Virus record (IMG/VR): IMGVR_UViG_3300027021_000013
Location: 1 to 38,819 of that record
DNA: 38,819 nt
DNA from: a virus
Lineage: Duplodnaviria; Caudoviricetes
Direction: 5' to 3' (one strand)
Shown: piece after piece, positions 8,713-18,324 of the stretch
Layout: each line of letters opens with the position of its first letter
Position numbering within the stretch: the stretch's first letter is position 1
The notes under the pieces: model-generated
What the model saw: only the letters and a program-made list of their open reading frames with translations
What the model was told of the DNA's origin: nothing
Database searches by the model: none
Translations under genes and position numbers: made by a program

Positions 8713-11043
8713 ATGGAGTTAAAAATTGCTTACGGAAACAGCCGGTTCTCTAAAAAGTGGTCGAATAAGGCCATTACCTTTGAAGAACTGTGTGAGCGGC
8801 TTAAAACCACCCGGCGCACGACCGAAACTGTGTCGGAGTACAAAAGAATGGCGAAGGACAAGCGCGACGCCGCTAAGGATGTAGGCGGCTTCGTACTCGG
8901 ACATCTCAAGGGCGGTCGGCGTAAAAAGGATACTGTGGATTGCCGGTCGGGGCTGACGCTTGATGTTGACCATGCAGACAATACTTTCATTAATAATGTT
9001 GCATTGGAATTTCCGTTCACCTGCATTATATATTCAACCCACAGCCACACCCCGGAGAACCCACGGCTCCGGCTGATCATCCCGACCAGCCGAGAAATGA
9101 CCCCGGAGGAATATGCGGCGATCGGACGATACGTGGCAGACGATCTCGGCATGGACTATTTCGATGACAGCACATATGAACCGGAGCGGCTTATGTATTG
9201 GCCCTCCACCCCGGCTGACGGTAAATATATTTATGATGTGCTCGAGGGGCAGATTCTTAACCCGGACGAAATTCTCACGGCGCACCCGAACTGGCGAGAT
9301 TGCTCGCTCTGGCCAACCTCCTCGCGGCAATCCGAAGTTGTGCAGCGCGACAGCGCAAAGAAACAGGAAGACCCCCTTGCCAAAGACGGCGTGGTCGGCG
9401 CTTTCTGCCGCGCATACGCAATCGAGGATGTCATAGAAAAGTTTCTACCTAATGTATATGAGCCGTCGGCGGTCGAAGGACGCTACGACTATATCCCCGC
9501 CGACAGCGCCGCAGGTGTGGTGCTCTATGACGGAAAATTTGCATACAGCCATCACGCAACAGACCTTGCGTGCGGCAAGCTGCTGAATGCTTTTGACCTC
9601 GTGCGTATCCATAAATTTGGTGACCTTGATGAGAAGAAATCCTACAGAGCGATGACCGACTTTGCGCTGGAAGATGCGGACGTAAAGGCGATGCTCGCGG
9701 CGGAACGTATGGCGGCGGCGGAGCAGGAATTTGCACCGGAGAACAAAGAGTGGACAAAGCGCCTCGAATACGACCGTTCCGGCAAACTCATGAACTCACT
9801 GCAAAATGCCCGGCTCATTCTGGAAAACGACCCGGTACTGCAATCTATCAAATACAACCAGTTCTCAGACAGTATCGAAGTTACTGGAGATCTGCCATGG
9901 CCGCGTCCTTCAAAATACTGGCGCGATGCGGATGATGCTCAACTCAAAAATTACATCGACACACACTACGGCACTCTCTCCGCGTATAACTACGACACCG
10001 CGCTGACGAAGGTAGTCGATGACCGGTCATTCCATCCGGTGCGGGAGTTTCTCGCGGCGCTTCCACCGTGGGACGGCGTGCCCCGGGTGGATACTTTGAT
10101 GGTCGATTATTTTGGGGCTGTCGATAACGGGTACGTCCGGGCGGTCACCCGGAAAATGTTATGCGGAGCAATCGCCCGCGTCATGCATCCGGGCTGCAAG
10201 TTCGATTATATGCTTGTGATGAACGGAGCGCAGGGACTCGGCAAAAGCACCTTCATATCTAAACTGGGCGGCGAATGGTTCTCCGATTCACTAAGCCTAT
10301 CGGACACGCATGACAAGACCGCAGCCGAGAAACTACAAGGCTACTGGGTACTTGAAATAAGCGAACTCAATGGACTGCGGAAAGCGGATGTGGAAACTCT
10401 ACGTGGTTTCCTATCAAGCCAGAACGATATATTCCGTGCCAGCTATGGACGGCGCACAACACCCCACCCGAGGCAATGTGTGTTCTTTGGAACGACCAAT
10501 ACTGACCGGGGCTATCTCCGGGACACCACCGGCAATCGCCGGTTCTGGCCTGTCAAAACACCGGGCGGCGGTAAGAAGCGCTCATGGGAAATGACCCGTG
10601 AAGACGTGCTTCAGATATGGGTAGAGGCGAAGGTTTTCTATGAGGCCGGTGAGCCGCTGTTCCTGCCAAAGGAGCTGGAGCAATATGCAAAAACAGAACA
10701 GCGTGAGGCGATGGAAGAAGATGAGCGCGAAGGCATGGTTCGTGATTATCTTGACATGCTTTTACCAGACAATTGGGACACGATGGATTTATACGAGCGC
10801 CGGGCATATATCGATGGAGCCGGTTTCGGCGAGGGTTCCCGCGAAGGCGCGAACCCTCGAAAGACCGTCTGCAATTTGGAGATATGGTGTGAATGCTTCG
10901 GACGGGATAAGGGCAGCTATAATCGGCGTATGGCTAGTGAGATTTCAGCAATAATGTCACGTATCGACGGTTGGGAAATGCGCGACGGCAGACCCCGTAT
11001 TGCCTTCTATGGACAGCAACGAGTGTATGAGACAAAGCGATAA
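8713..11043 (+). CDS. Primase-helicase, VirE/VapE family
   Basis: N-terminal primase-like LDVD and STHSH..PRLR; Walker A GAQGLGKS; GTTN and TGNRRFWP. Confidence 0.92.
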   Translation: MELKIAYGNSRFSKKWSNKAITFEELCERLKTTRRTTETVSEYKRMAKDKRDAAKDVGGFVLGHLKGGRRKKDTVDCRSGLTLDVDHADNTFINNVALEFPFTCIIYSTHSHTPENPRLRLIIPTSREMTPEEYAAIGRYVADDLGMDYFDDSTYEPERLMYWPSTPADGKYIYDVLEGQILNPDEILTAHPNWRDCSLWPTSSRQSEVVQRDSAKKQEDPLAKDGVVGAFCRAYAIEDVIEKFLPNVYEPSAVEGRYDYIPADSAAGVVLYDGKFAYSHHATDLACGKLLNAFDLVRIHKFGDLDEKKSYRAMTDFALEDADVKAMLAAERMAAAEQEFAPENKEWTKRLEYDRSGKLMNSLQNARLILENDPVLQSIKYNQFSDSIEVTGDLPWPRPSKYWRDADDAQLKNYIDTHYGTLSAYNYDTALTKVVDDRSFHPVREFLAALPPWDGVPRVDTLMVDYFGAVDNGYVRAVTRKMLCGAIARVMHPGCKFDYMLVMNGAQGLGKSTFISKLGGEWFSDSLSLSDTHDKTAAEKLQGYWVLEISELNGLRKADVETLRGFLSSQNDIFRASYGRRTTPHPRQCVFFGTTNTDRGYLRDTTGNRRFWPVKTPGGGKKRSWEMTREDVLQIWVEAKVFYEAGEPLFLPKELEQYAKTEQREAMEEDEREGMVRDYLDMLLPDNWDTMDLYERRAYIDGAGFGEGSREGANPRKTVCNLEIWCECFGRDKGSYNRRMASEISAIMSRIDGWEMRDGRPRIAFYGQQRVYETKR

Positions 11044-11049
11044 AAAACA

Positions 11050-11282
11050 TGTCACAAGTCTGTCACAAGAGCCGGGGCCGCACACCGTCCGATGATAAAA
11101 GTGTGACAGACTTACCGGAGTCTGTCACAGCTAAAAGTGCCCATTTCATCGGCAAAAACGACCCTCCGAGACAAGTGTGACCAAATAACTCTATTAATTA
11201 TTTACGGTAGTAAATCAAGAGAAAAAACGCACGTATACACGCGTAAGGGGTTTATAGGGGGTTTTGTCTTGGTCTGTCACAA
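11050..11282. repeat. Iteron-like (AGTC)TGTCACA repeats, candidate replication origin
   Basis: TGTCACA at 11050, 11061, 11123, 11275; inverted TGTGACA at 11102 and TGTGACC at 11176; intergenic gap after the primase. Confidence 0.7.
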
Positions 11283-11293
11283 ACGAGGTGGAA

Positions 11294-11566
11294 ATGAGAG
11301 AAAAAACAGTCGAACAGAAACTACGGAAGGCCGCAAAAATGATGGGCGGTCTCGCACCCAAATTTGTATCTCCGGGCTACGACGGCATGCCCGACCGATT
11401 GGTACTTCTGCCCGGAGGCCGCTTCGCCTTTGTGGAAACAAAGGCTCCGGGAAAAACCCTGCGTCCTCTGCAGCGAAGGCGAAAACGTCAGCTTGAGGCG
11501 CTTGGCTTTAAAGTGTACTGCCTTGACGATACATCTAAGATTGGAGAGCTACTCGATGAAATATGA
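11294..11566 (+). CDS. VRR-NUC domain nuclease
   Basis: MREKTVE, GMPDRL, FVETKAPG, LRPLQ; RBS GAGGTG before ATG 11294. Confidence 0.9.
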   Translation: MREKTVEQKLRKAAKMMGGLAPKFVSPGYDGMPDRLVLLPGGRFAFVETKAPGKTLRPLQRRRKRQLEALGFKVYCLDDTSKIGELLDEI

Positions 11567-12908
11567 GCCGCACGAATATCAGACCTACACAACCGAATAC
11601 ATACTGCGGCATCCGATTGCGGCAATTCTGCTTGATATGGGACTTGGCAAAACGGTCATCACGCTGACCGCGCTATACGACCTTATACTGGATTTCTTTC
11701 TAGTTCGCAAGGTGCTGGTCATCGCTCCGCTCCGTGTGGCAACGGAAACGTGGCCAGCGGAAATACAAAAGTGGGAACACCTGCGCGGCCTCAAATATTC
11801 AGTCGCGGTCGGCACCGAGAACCAGCGTATGGCGGCGCTACGCCAGAGAGCGCATGTGTACATTATTAACCGAGAAAACGTGGAGTGGCTTATCAATCGA
11901 AGTGGCAACCGGTTCGACTTCGATATGGTGGTCATCGATGAGCTGTCGTCCTTCAAGTCTCATCAAGCTAAGCGGTTCAAAAGCCTTATGAAAGTCCGGC
12001 CATCCGTGAAACGGATTATTGGGCTGACCGGCACACCGTCATCCAACGGCCTCATGGATTTATGGGCGCAGTTCCGTCTGCTGGATATGGGCAAACGGCT
12101 CGGACGGTATATCGGACAGTATCGCCGCGATTACTTTGAACCGGAAAAGCAGAACGGTTACATCGTGTATTCGTACCGACCGCTGCCCGGTGCGGAAGAA
12201 GCCATCTACCGGCGCATATCGGATATCACAATAAGCATGAAAGCAACTGATTATCTGAAACTGCCCGGCCTCGTGATAAACGAAGTCCCTGTACATTTGT
12301 CTATATCCGAAATGAACGTGATGAATACGCTGAAAGAGCAGATGGTGGTCGAACTCGGTGACCGGGAGATTGATGCGTCCAACGCTGGCGTTCTCTCAGG
12401 CAAGCTGCTGCAAATAGCCAACGGCGCGGTCTATGATGAGTTTAGCAGTGTGGCCCGCATCCACGACCGGAAGCTTGACGCTCTGGAGGATTTAATCGAG
12501 GCGGCGAATGGCAAACCGGTGCTTGTCGCGTATTGGTACAAACACGACCTTGACCGGATGAAGGAGCGGTTTAAACTCAAGACACTTGATGCCCCGGAGT
12601 CCATCAAGCGCTGGAACGCTGGCGATATCCCGATCGCGGCTATCCATCCCGCTTCCGCCGGTCATGGCCTGAATCTTCAATCGGGCGGCTCCACTTTGAT
12701 CTGGTTCGGGCTAACATGGAGCCTTGAACTCTACCAACAGACTAACGCCCGACTATGGCGGCAAGGGCAAAAGAACACTGTTGTTATCCATCATATTATC
12801 GCCAAGGGCACAATTGACGAGCAAGTCATGAGCGCACTTAAGCGAAAGAATAAAACCCAAGCCGCGCTGATTGCGGCGGTAAAAGCAAACCTGTCTCAAA
12901 CATATTAG
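11556..12908 (+). CDS. SNF2-family helicase
   Basis: DMGLGKT, IDELS, LTGTP, GHGLNLQ, ARLWRQGQ; start MKYEPHEYQ follows GGAG. Confidence 0.93.
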   Translation: MKYEPHEYQTYTTEYILRHPIAAILLDMGLGKTVITLTALYDLILDFFLVRKVLVIAPLRVATETWPAEIQKWEHLRGLKYSVAVGTENQRMAALRQRAHVYIINRENVEWLINRSGNRFDFDMVVIDELSSFKSHQAKRFKSLMKVRPSVKRIIGLTGTPSSNGLMDLWAQFRLLDMGKRLGRYIGQYRRDYFEPEKQNGYIVYSYRPLPGAEEAIYRRISDITISMKATDYLKLPGLVINEVPVHLSISEMNVMNTLKEQMVVELGDREIDASNAGVLSGKLLQIANGAVYDEFSSVARIHDRKLDALEDLIEAANGKPVLVAYWYKHDLDRMKERFKLKTLDAPESIKRWNAGDIPIAAIHPASAGHGLNLQSGGSTLIWFGLTWSLELYQQTNARLWRQGQKNTVVIHHIIAKGTIDEQVMSALKRKNKTQAALIAAVKANLSQTY

Positions 12909-12918
12909 GAGGTCAATC

Positions 12919-13353
12919 ATGCCAAGGAAAAAACGCCCGTTACCGTATCAGCACGCAGAATATGTTCTGCGGAATTACTGGAACTTTAAAAACGAACTTG
13001 AACAGCGTACCAGCGATTATGGCCTTATTGCACCGGCAAACGACAACACGCCGGTTCAAAGCGGTAGAACGTTAGACCCGACCGGGAACGCTGGAATAAG
13101 GCTGGCCACAGATAACCATCTGCTTTTTCTGCGGTTTGCGGTGAAGGCCGTTGAAGAAACGCTCTTTGAGTTTTCAGATCGTTTCAACGGCGCGGCGGTG
13201 GTTATGCTTGTTAAACTTATCTACTGGGAAAACCAATCCCTCGAAAGCGCGGCTGATATGGTCAATTACTCGTATGTACATGCTAAAAGGTTACGCGAAG
13301 AGTTTGTGAATGAACTTATGTGGCGTTTAGGCTGGGCGAGTACAAACATCTAA
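12919..13353 (+). CDS. RinA/ArpU-like late transcriptional activator
   Basis: DPTGNAGIRL pattern and C-terminal HTH; last gene of the early operon; RBS AGGAGG. Confidence 0.7.
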   Translation: MPRKKRPLPYQHAEYVLRNYWNFKNELEQRTSDYGLIAPANDNTPVQSGRTLDPTGNAGIRLATDNHLLFLRFAVKAVEETLFEFSDRFNGAAVVMLVKLIYWENQSLESAADMVNYSYVHAKRLREEFVNELMWRLGWASTNI

Positions 13354-15993
13354 CTTTAACTGAACGATCTCTAGTTCTATAGTTGTCAGAAGCCCAATGA
13401 TTTCCGAAATATCTTTTCTTTCAAACTCGGGCAAGTCACTCTGGGCATGGGTACCTTTATTTAATAACATCCAATTATACTTCTCTTTTATTAATTTTAG
13501 ATGTGTGGATAAATCCTCTAATCCCTTTATTGTTTTAATTGTTGAAATAAGGCCATCAACAACAGAATAAAGGTCGGGAGTTTGCTTAGGCCCGCGCATA
13601 TTAACATGCAAATCTACTTTAAGGGTTTTTGATAGTTTCTTCCATAATTGTTCTGATAATATTTCCATCGTCTGTCTGCACCTAAAAGCAGCATCTTTAA
13701 GATCATTATTATTAAGGGCTTCGTTTGCAAGGATTAAGGAGTGTTTCGAATTACCCACAAAAACCTTTACGCCTCTTTCTTCATAACAATCAGAGGGCAT
13801 GAATCTATAGCTTTGTACGTTTTTTGAGACTAAAGAAGCACCTAATTTTTGTTCAAGCTTTGATATAAAGTTTTCGCCATGACAAGTTATGATATGTTGC
13901 CTTATTTTAAAATCTATATGTCTTATTATCAGTTCAGCTACACCATTTCGGTGTTCATCATCAATAGCATTGACTATATCATCATAGATAATAAACCCAA
14001 TATTATTATTCACTACTTTTGAAAGAAGAATAGATAAACCCAATACTTTAATATGGCCTTCACTAAGTATTTGTAATGCATCATATTGAGTATCTTCTCC
14101 TTTGAATTGAACCAATATTTTATCTCCAGGACTACTAGGAAGGATAAGCTTTTCTAAATACTCAAAATCTGGATCGTGAGAATTAATAATATTGTAATAT
14201 TCTTTTGACTTTTCTGTTAAACCCTTAGCCAGTTTAACAGGTAAATCATTTCGATATGATTTCAGGTTATTTATCAATTTAGCATAGGATTTAGTAAAAG
14301 CCTCATTTTCTTTAATTTGATTATCTACCTTTGCAATTTCCAATAATCTATCTGCGTTCAGGCTATTAAAATCACTGATTCTTTTTGTGAGCTTTTCTAT
14401 CTCTGCCGTCTTTGCTTTTATTGCTGCTTCAATTTTATCTACTTTTGCTTTAATCTCAGAAAGTTTTTTTAAATCCTCATCCACAGTTCTTTTTTCTATT
14501 CGCTTTTTGTTTAGACCATCGTTATGGGTTTTTATTTCAAAAAGAATATCAACACTATCTGCATTTGTTAAAGCTTCTTTAATTGTTTCACTTTCAGCTT
14601 TTACAATTGCAATAGAAAATTTCTTTTCTGTATTATCTGAAAATGATGGATAGGTTACAATCTTGCTTTCCCCTAATCCTTTTAATTCAGCATTTAATTC
14701 ATTTATTTCTTTATTTATATTTTTAATCAATAAGTAAACCCCTTGATTTTTTGATTCAATTTCTAATTGCAAATTTTTTAGCTCTTTCATTTTATTTAAT
14801 TCAGCATCTGCAAAAATAAAAGGGTTTACTACAACTTTTTCTATTGGCGTTTTACAAGCTGGGCATATGGTTTTATCAGTGTGTAAATCTTCGGAGACTG
14901 CTTTAATTGCAGAATAAAGTTCTTTATAATTTACTTCAGTCGACAAGCTTATTAACGACGATTCTAAGATTTCTAATTCCGATAAGTTTACTTCCAGTGA
15001 TTCTAGTTTTTTTAAAATTTTTTCATAATAGCTGGAATCAATATTGTCTGGAATAATTTCAGCCTTTTTTTTATGTAGTTCTCCTAATCTACCTGATAAT
15101 CCATCAACTCCTGATAAATATAATCTTATATCTTCTACGGTGTTAACTTCGGGAACAGATAATTCTTCAAAAATACTTTTTAAACTTATCTGAATTAAAT
15201 CCTTTTCGTTGATTGCTTCATTTAATAAATCTTTTGAGGCCTCAATTGTTTTTTGTTCGTTTTCGAATTCTTCTCTCTTTTTATTATTTAAAACAATATA
15301 GTTATTTAAATCTTTGGTAAACCCATTAACAAATTCATTAAATGCATCAAGGCCAAATAATGTTGCTATTAAATCAAGTTGAGCTTTGGCTGTGGTTGCC
15401 GCCATTCGAGCAAAATTATCAATTCTATTTTTTTCAATAAAACAAAAACGGTATGCTTCAGGATTCTGTGGTATATCTGTTAAACTTCCATCTGGTTTAC
15501 AAGCTCTGGCAACAGGTGGAACTGATTTCTTTGCCTTAATATTTTGCATATATGTATATATATCAATTCTTTTAGCTTCTGCTTCTTCTATACTACCGAG
15601 TAGTGCAAATTCAATACCCTCACAAAAGCTTGACTTTCCTGACCCATTAGGCCCATACATAAATGTATATTGCTTAGTAAACACAAAGGTTATTTCTTTT
15701 GAAAACCCCCGAAAAGGACCAATTTTAATTTCTCTAATATTATCATAGACTTCTGCCTGGTTTAAACTTGTGTTATCAACATCAAATAGATTGCAATCAG
15801 TTGTGCTTTTTTGTTCGATTAACTTAACCAATTTTCTTGCTCTAGCACCTCCGGAGGTTCCCAGAGGAGCAAGCTTATCAAAATTGGAGATAAGAATATT
15901 TAGTAACCTAATATCGAACTTATTAAGTCTTGTCTTATCGACCGCACTAATCCAATTATAAAATTCTCTTTTTATTGAAGTATACTTGTCCAT
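13327..15993 (-). CDS. Rad50/SMC-like ABC ATPase with zinc hook and putative C-terminal HEPN-like domain (RloC-like architecture)
   Basis: Walker A GPNGSGKS; coiled coil with CPAC; signature LSEG; Walker B/D-loop IIYDDIVNAIDDEH; ITCH; tail RCRQTME...LLNKGTH; AT-rich. Confidence 0.85.
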   Translation of the reverse strand: MDKYTSIKREFYNWISAVDKTRLNKFDIRLLNILISNFDKLAPLGTSGGARARKLVKLIEQKSTTDCNLFDVDNTSLNQAEVYDNIREIKIGPFRGFSKEITFVFTKQYTFMYGPNGSGKSSFCEGIEFALLGSIEEAEAKRIDIYTYMQNIKAKKSVPPVARACKPDGSLTDIPQNPEAYRFCFIEKNRIDNFARMAATTAKAQLDLIATLFGLDAFNEFVNGFTKDLNNYIVLNNKKREEFENEQKTIEASKDLLNEAINEKDLIQISLKSIFEELSVPEVNTVEDIRLYLSGVDGLSGRLGELHKKKAEIIPDNIDSSYYEKILKKLESLEVNLSELEILESSLISLSTEVNYKELYSAIKAVSEDLHTDKTICPACKTPIEKVVVNPFIFADAELNKMKELKNLQLEIESKNQGVYLLIKNINKEINELNAELKGLGESKIVTYPSFSDNTEKKFSIAIVKAESETIKEALTNADSVDILFEIKTHNDGLNKKRIEKRTVDEDLKKLSEIKAKVDKIEAAIKAKTAEIEKLTKRISDFNSLNADRLLEIAKVDNQIKENEAFTKSYAKLINNLKSYRNDLPVKLAKGLTEKSKEYYNIINSHDPDFEYLEKLILPSSPGDKILVQFKGEDTQYDALQILSEGHIKVLGLSILLSKVVNNNIGFIIYDDIVNAIDDEHRNGVAELIIRHIDFKIRQHIITCHGENFISKLEQKLGASLVSKNVQSYRFMPSDCYEERGVKVFVGNSKHSLILANEALNNNDLKDAAFRCRQTMEILSEQLWKKLSKTLKVDLHVNMRGPKQTPDLYSVVDGLISTIKTIKGLEDLSTHLKLIKEKYNWMLLNKGTHAQSDLPEFERKDISEIIGLLTTIELEIVQLKLDVCTRPA

Positions 15994-16023
15994 TTTATGT
16001 CACCGTTAATTTTTTACATGTGT

Positions 16024-16260
16024 TTATGCAATGCCAAACCCTTTTTCAAATCGGTCTCTAACATATTTGTTAATGAAGGCATTAAGTCCATTACCACTTT
16101 TGGCTAGCGCCTTCATATATTCTACGTTTTCGGCACCAGCACTACGATATGAGTAACGATAAATTTTTCCTGTAGAAATAAATTGCACATCTATATAATT
16201 TGGGCCACATTCGTAGGCATATACTCCTGAATCACCATCAATATTTTTATAACGATCCAT
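16024..16260 (-). CDS. KTSC-like small protein
   Basis: SGVYAYE..IDVQF..GKIYRY...SGNGLNAFINKYVR resembles the KTSC pattern; RBS AGAAAGGA; ends 30 bp upstream of the ATPase. Confidence 0.65.
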   Translation of the reverse strand: MDRYKNIDGDSGVYAYECGPNYIDVQFISTGKIYRYSYRSAGAENVEYMKALAKSGNGLNAFINKYVRDRFEKGFGIA

Positions 16261-16294
16261 AATTGCATATATCCTTTCTTAATTATTTAACCAT

Positions 16295-16303
16295 ATTTTA
16301 TCA
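16295..16303 (-). promoter_or_regulatory. Extended -10 promoter for the KTSC-ATPase operon
   Basis: Minus strand TG-A-TAAAAT. Confidence 0.5.
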
Positions 16304-16387
16304 CTCCGCTCTCCCTTTTTCCACCATTAATATCAATTATACTCCAAATATATATACATTCCCAAATAACAAGCATCTTGCAACTAG

Positions 16388-16425
16388 AAAGATGATATAT
16401 AAAACCCCGAATAATGTGCTAATAT
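16388..16425 (+). promoter_or_regulatory. Candidate late promoter
   Basis: TG-C-TAATAT at 16417-16425 with no consensus -35, upstream of the packaging operon. Confidence 0.4.
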
Positions 16426-16521
16426 GACATAGTGGAATGTTTCCGATAGAGACATTTCCGGGAGAAAAACGAGCGAAAAGCTGCTGACCAGTGCGGGTGG
16501 GAGGTATGCTCGAACCAATAT

Positions 16522-16557
16522 AAAAGTCCTTTGCCTTGAGCGAGGGCTTTTTTGTTT
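16522..16557 (+). terminator. Terminator-like hairpin just upstream of the HNH gene
   Basis: AAAAGTCCTTTGC..GCGAGGGCTTTT stem followed by TTTGTTT. Confidence 0.6.
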
Positions 16558-16585
16558 GGCCTGCGGCAATGAAAAGGTGATAAGA

Positions 16586-17011
16586 ATGCCTGAGAAGTTC
16601 CTGCGTCCGTGCGCATATCCGATGTGCGGTGTGCTTGGTACGGAAAGATACTGCCCGAAGCACGAAGCGGAGCGGCAAGCATATCTTGCGGCGAAGAAAG
16701 CACAGGCAGACGCGGCGTACAACAAACAGCGTCCGGCGTATCATGCGTGGTACAACTCGGCACGGTGGCGGCGGTATCGGAAAGCGTTTCTTGCAAAGCA
16801 CCCGTGGTGCGCAGCATGCGAGCGCGAGGCTCGAACAGCCTTTGCCACAGAGGTCGATCATATCAAGCCACATCGCGGGAACTACGCGCTGTTTTGGGAC
16901 GAGAAAAACCATCAAGGTCTGTGCGCATCGTGCCATAGCAAGAAAACGTTCAGAGAGAACGGCGGCTCGGGGTTCTGCGGCAGAAAGGCTGAACAGCCCC
17001 CCTCCCGATAA
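16586..17011 (+). CDS. HNH endonuclease (terminase-associated, HK97 gp74-like)
   Basis: CAAC...VDHIKPHRG...NHQGLCASCHSKKT; N-terminal CAYPMC..YCPKH; RBS AAGGTGA. Confidence 0.93.
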   Translation: MPEKFLRPCAYPMCGVLGTERYCPKHEAERQAYLAAKKAQADAAYNKQRPAYHAWYNSARWRRYRKAFLAKHPWCAACEREARTAFATEVDHIKPHRGNYALFWDEKNHQGLCASCHSKKTFRENGGSGFCGRKAEQPPSR

Positions 17012-17085
17012 AGTTTCGCTTTCAGGGGCTTGAACGTCTTTGGGGGGCTTTCCTTTTAAAAAATCGCAAATGAATAAGGGTGGGT
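16995..17085. other. Candidate cos/packaging site region
   Basis: C-run, G-runs and AAAAATCGCAAA between HNH and the packaging genes; position typical of cos phages with HNH and P27 TerS; exact cut site not determinable. Confidence 0.45.
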
Positions 17086-17091
17086 TAGAAT

Positions 17092-18324
17092 ATGGACATC
17101 AAAAACGTGCAGATATCGGCGCTTGTGCCCGATGATAAGAACGCACGCAAACATAACGAAAAAAATATCGAACAGGTCATGCGCTCGCTGAAAGAGTTCG
17201 GTCAGCATGCGCCGCTCGTGGTACAGAAATCCACGAACAAGGTGCTGGTCGGAAACGGTCGGCTGGAAGCCATGAAACGGCTCGGCTGGAAAACGGCGGA
17301 TGTCTATTTCGTGGTTGATGATGACGAAACCGCTATTCGCCGGGCGCTCGCGGACAACCGCACTGGAGAGCTCGCCGAATGGGACGAGGATATATTGAAA
17401 GAACTGCTCGGCGAATTCTCGCCTTCCGATATAGTCGGCTGGGATGACCTCGATCTTGAAGAATTGCTAGGTAAGAATGCTCCAAAAGAAGCCAAAGACG
17501 ATGACTTTGATGTAAATGCGGCTCTTCCCGAAGAACCAACCAGCAAACGCGGCGATATATTCAAACTGGGCAATCACCGTCTGATGTGCGGCGATTCGAC
17601 CAGCGAAGCGGACGTCCGCCATCTCATGGGTTCCGATCTGGCGCATTTCATATTCACCGATCCGCCATGGAACGTGGCATACGGCTCTAACAAGCATCCA
17701 AGCTGGAAAACAGGCAAAGACCGGCAAATCATGAACGACGCGATGAGCACGGAGGATTTCCGTGCTTTTCTTATGTCTGCCTTTTCCAACATGAAAAAGG
17801 TTCTCTGTGCGGGCGGTATGGTGTATGTGGTCATGTCCGCGCAGGAATGGGGCTCGCAGATGTCGGTCATGGATGAACTTGGGTTTCATTGGTCGAGCAC
17901 CGTTATCTGGTCAAAGGACACACTGGTGCTCTCGCGCAAAGACTACCATACCCAATATGAACCAATCTGGTATGGCTGGGCAGAAGGTTCCCGGCGGTAT
18001 CCGCTAAAAGACCGCAAGCAGTCGGATGTGTGGCAGATACCGCGACCAAAGCGAAGCGAAGAACATCCAACCATGAAACCCGTCGAACTGGTGGCCCGGG
18101 CCATTCAGAACTCGTCACATCGCGGTGACGTGGTCATGGACTTGTTCGGCGGTTCGGGTACGACCATGATTGCGGCGGAGCAGCTCGACAGAGAATGCCG
18201 CATGATGGAACTCGACCCCAAATACTGCGATGTGATCATCAAACGGTGGGAAGCGTCTACCGGAGGGAAGGCGGTGTTAATCCATGAGCAGAAGACCGAA
18301 ACCAACGGGAATCAGACTGGTTGA
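17092..18324 (+). CDS. ParB-like N-terminal domain fused to N6/N4 DNA methyltransferase (beta class)
   Basis: NARKH, GNGRLEA, LADNR; motif IV DPPW precedes HPTMKP and motif I DLFGGSGTT. Confidence 0.92.
   Translation: MDIKNVQISALVPDDKNARKHNEKNIEQVMRSLKEFGQHAPLVVQKSTNKVLVGNGRLEAMKRLGWKTADVYFVVDDDETAIRRALADNRTGELAEWDEDILKELLGEFSPSDIVGWDDLDLEELLGKNAPKEAKDDDFDVNAALPEEPTSKRGDIFKLGNHRLMCGDSTSEADVRHLMGSDLAHFIFTDPPWNVAYGSNKHPSWKTGKDRQIMNDAMSTEDFRAFLMSAFSNMKKVLCAGGMVYVVMSAQEWGSQMSVMDELGFHWSSTVIWSKDTLVLSRKDYHTQYEPIWYGWAEGSRRYPLKDRKQSDVWQIPRPKRSEEHPTMKPVELVARAIQNSSHRGDVVMDLFGGSGTTMIAAEQLDRECRMMELDPKYCDVIIKRWEASTGGKAVLIHEQKTETNGNQTG

Noticed and set aside
11137-11496. 119-aa ORF in the primase to VRR-NUC gap
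   Set aside because: Runs through the repeat region and overlaps VRR-NUC out of frame; no RBS
16440-16520. Possible tRNA in the late leader
   Set aside because: No cloverleaf or T-loop consensus could be built
16337-17033. Several long alternative ORFs (16337-16936 minus, 16629-17033 plus and others)
   Set aside because: Shadows of the HNH gene; no RBS or recognisable motifs
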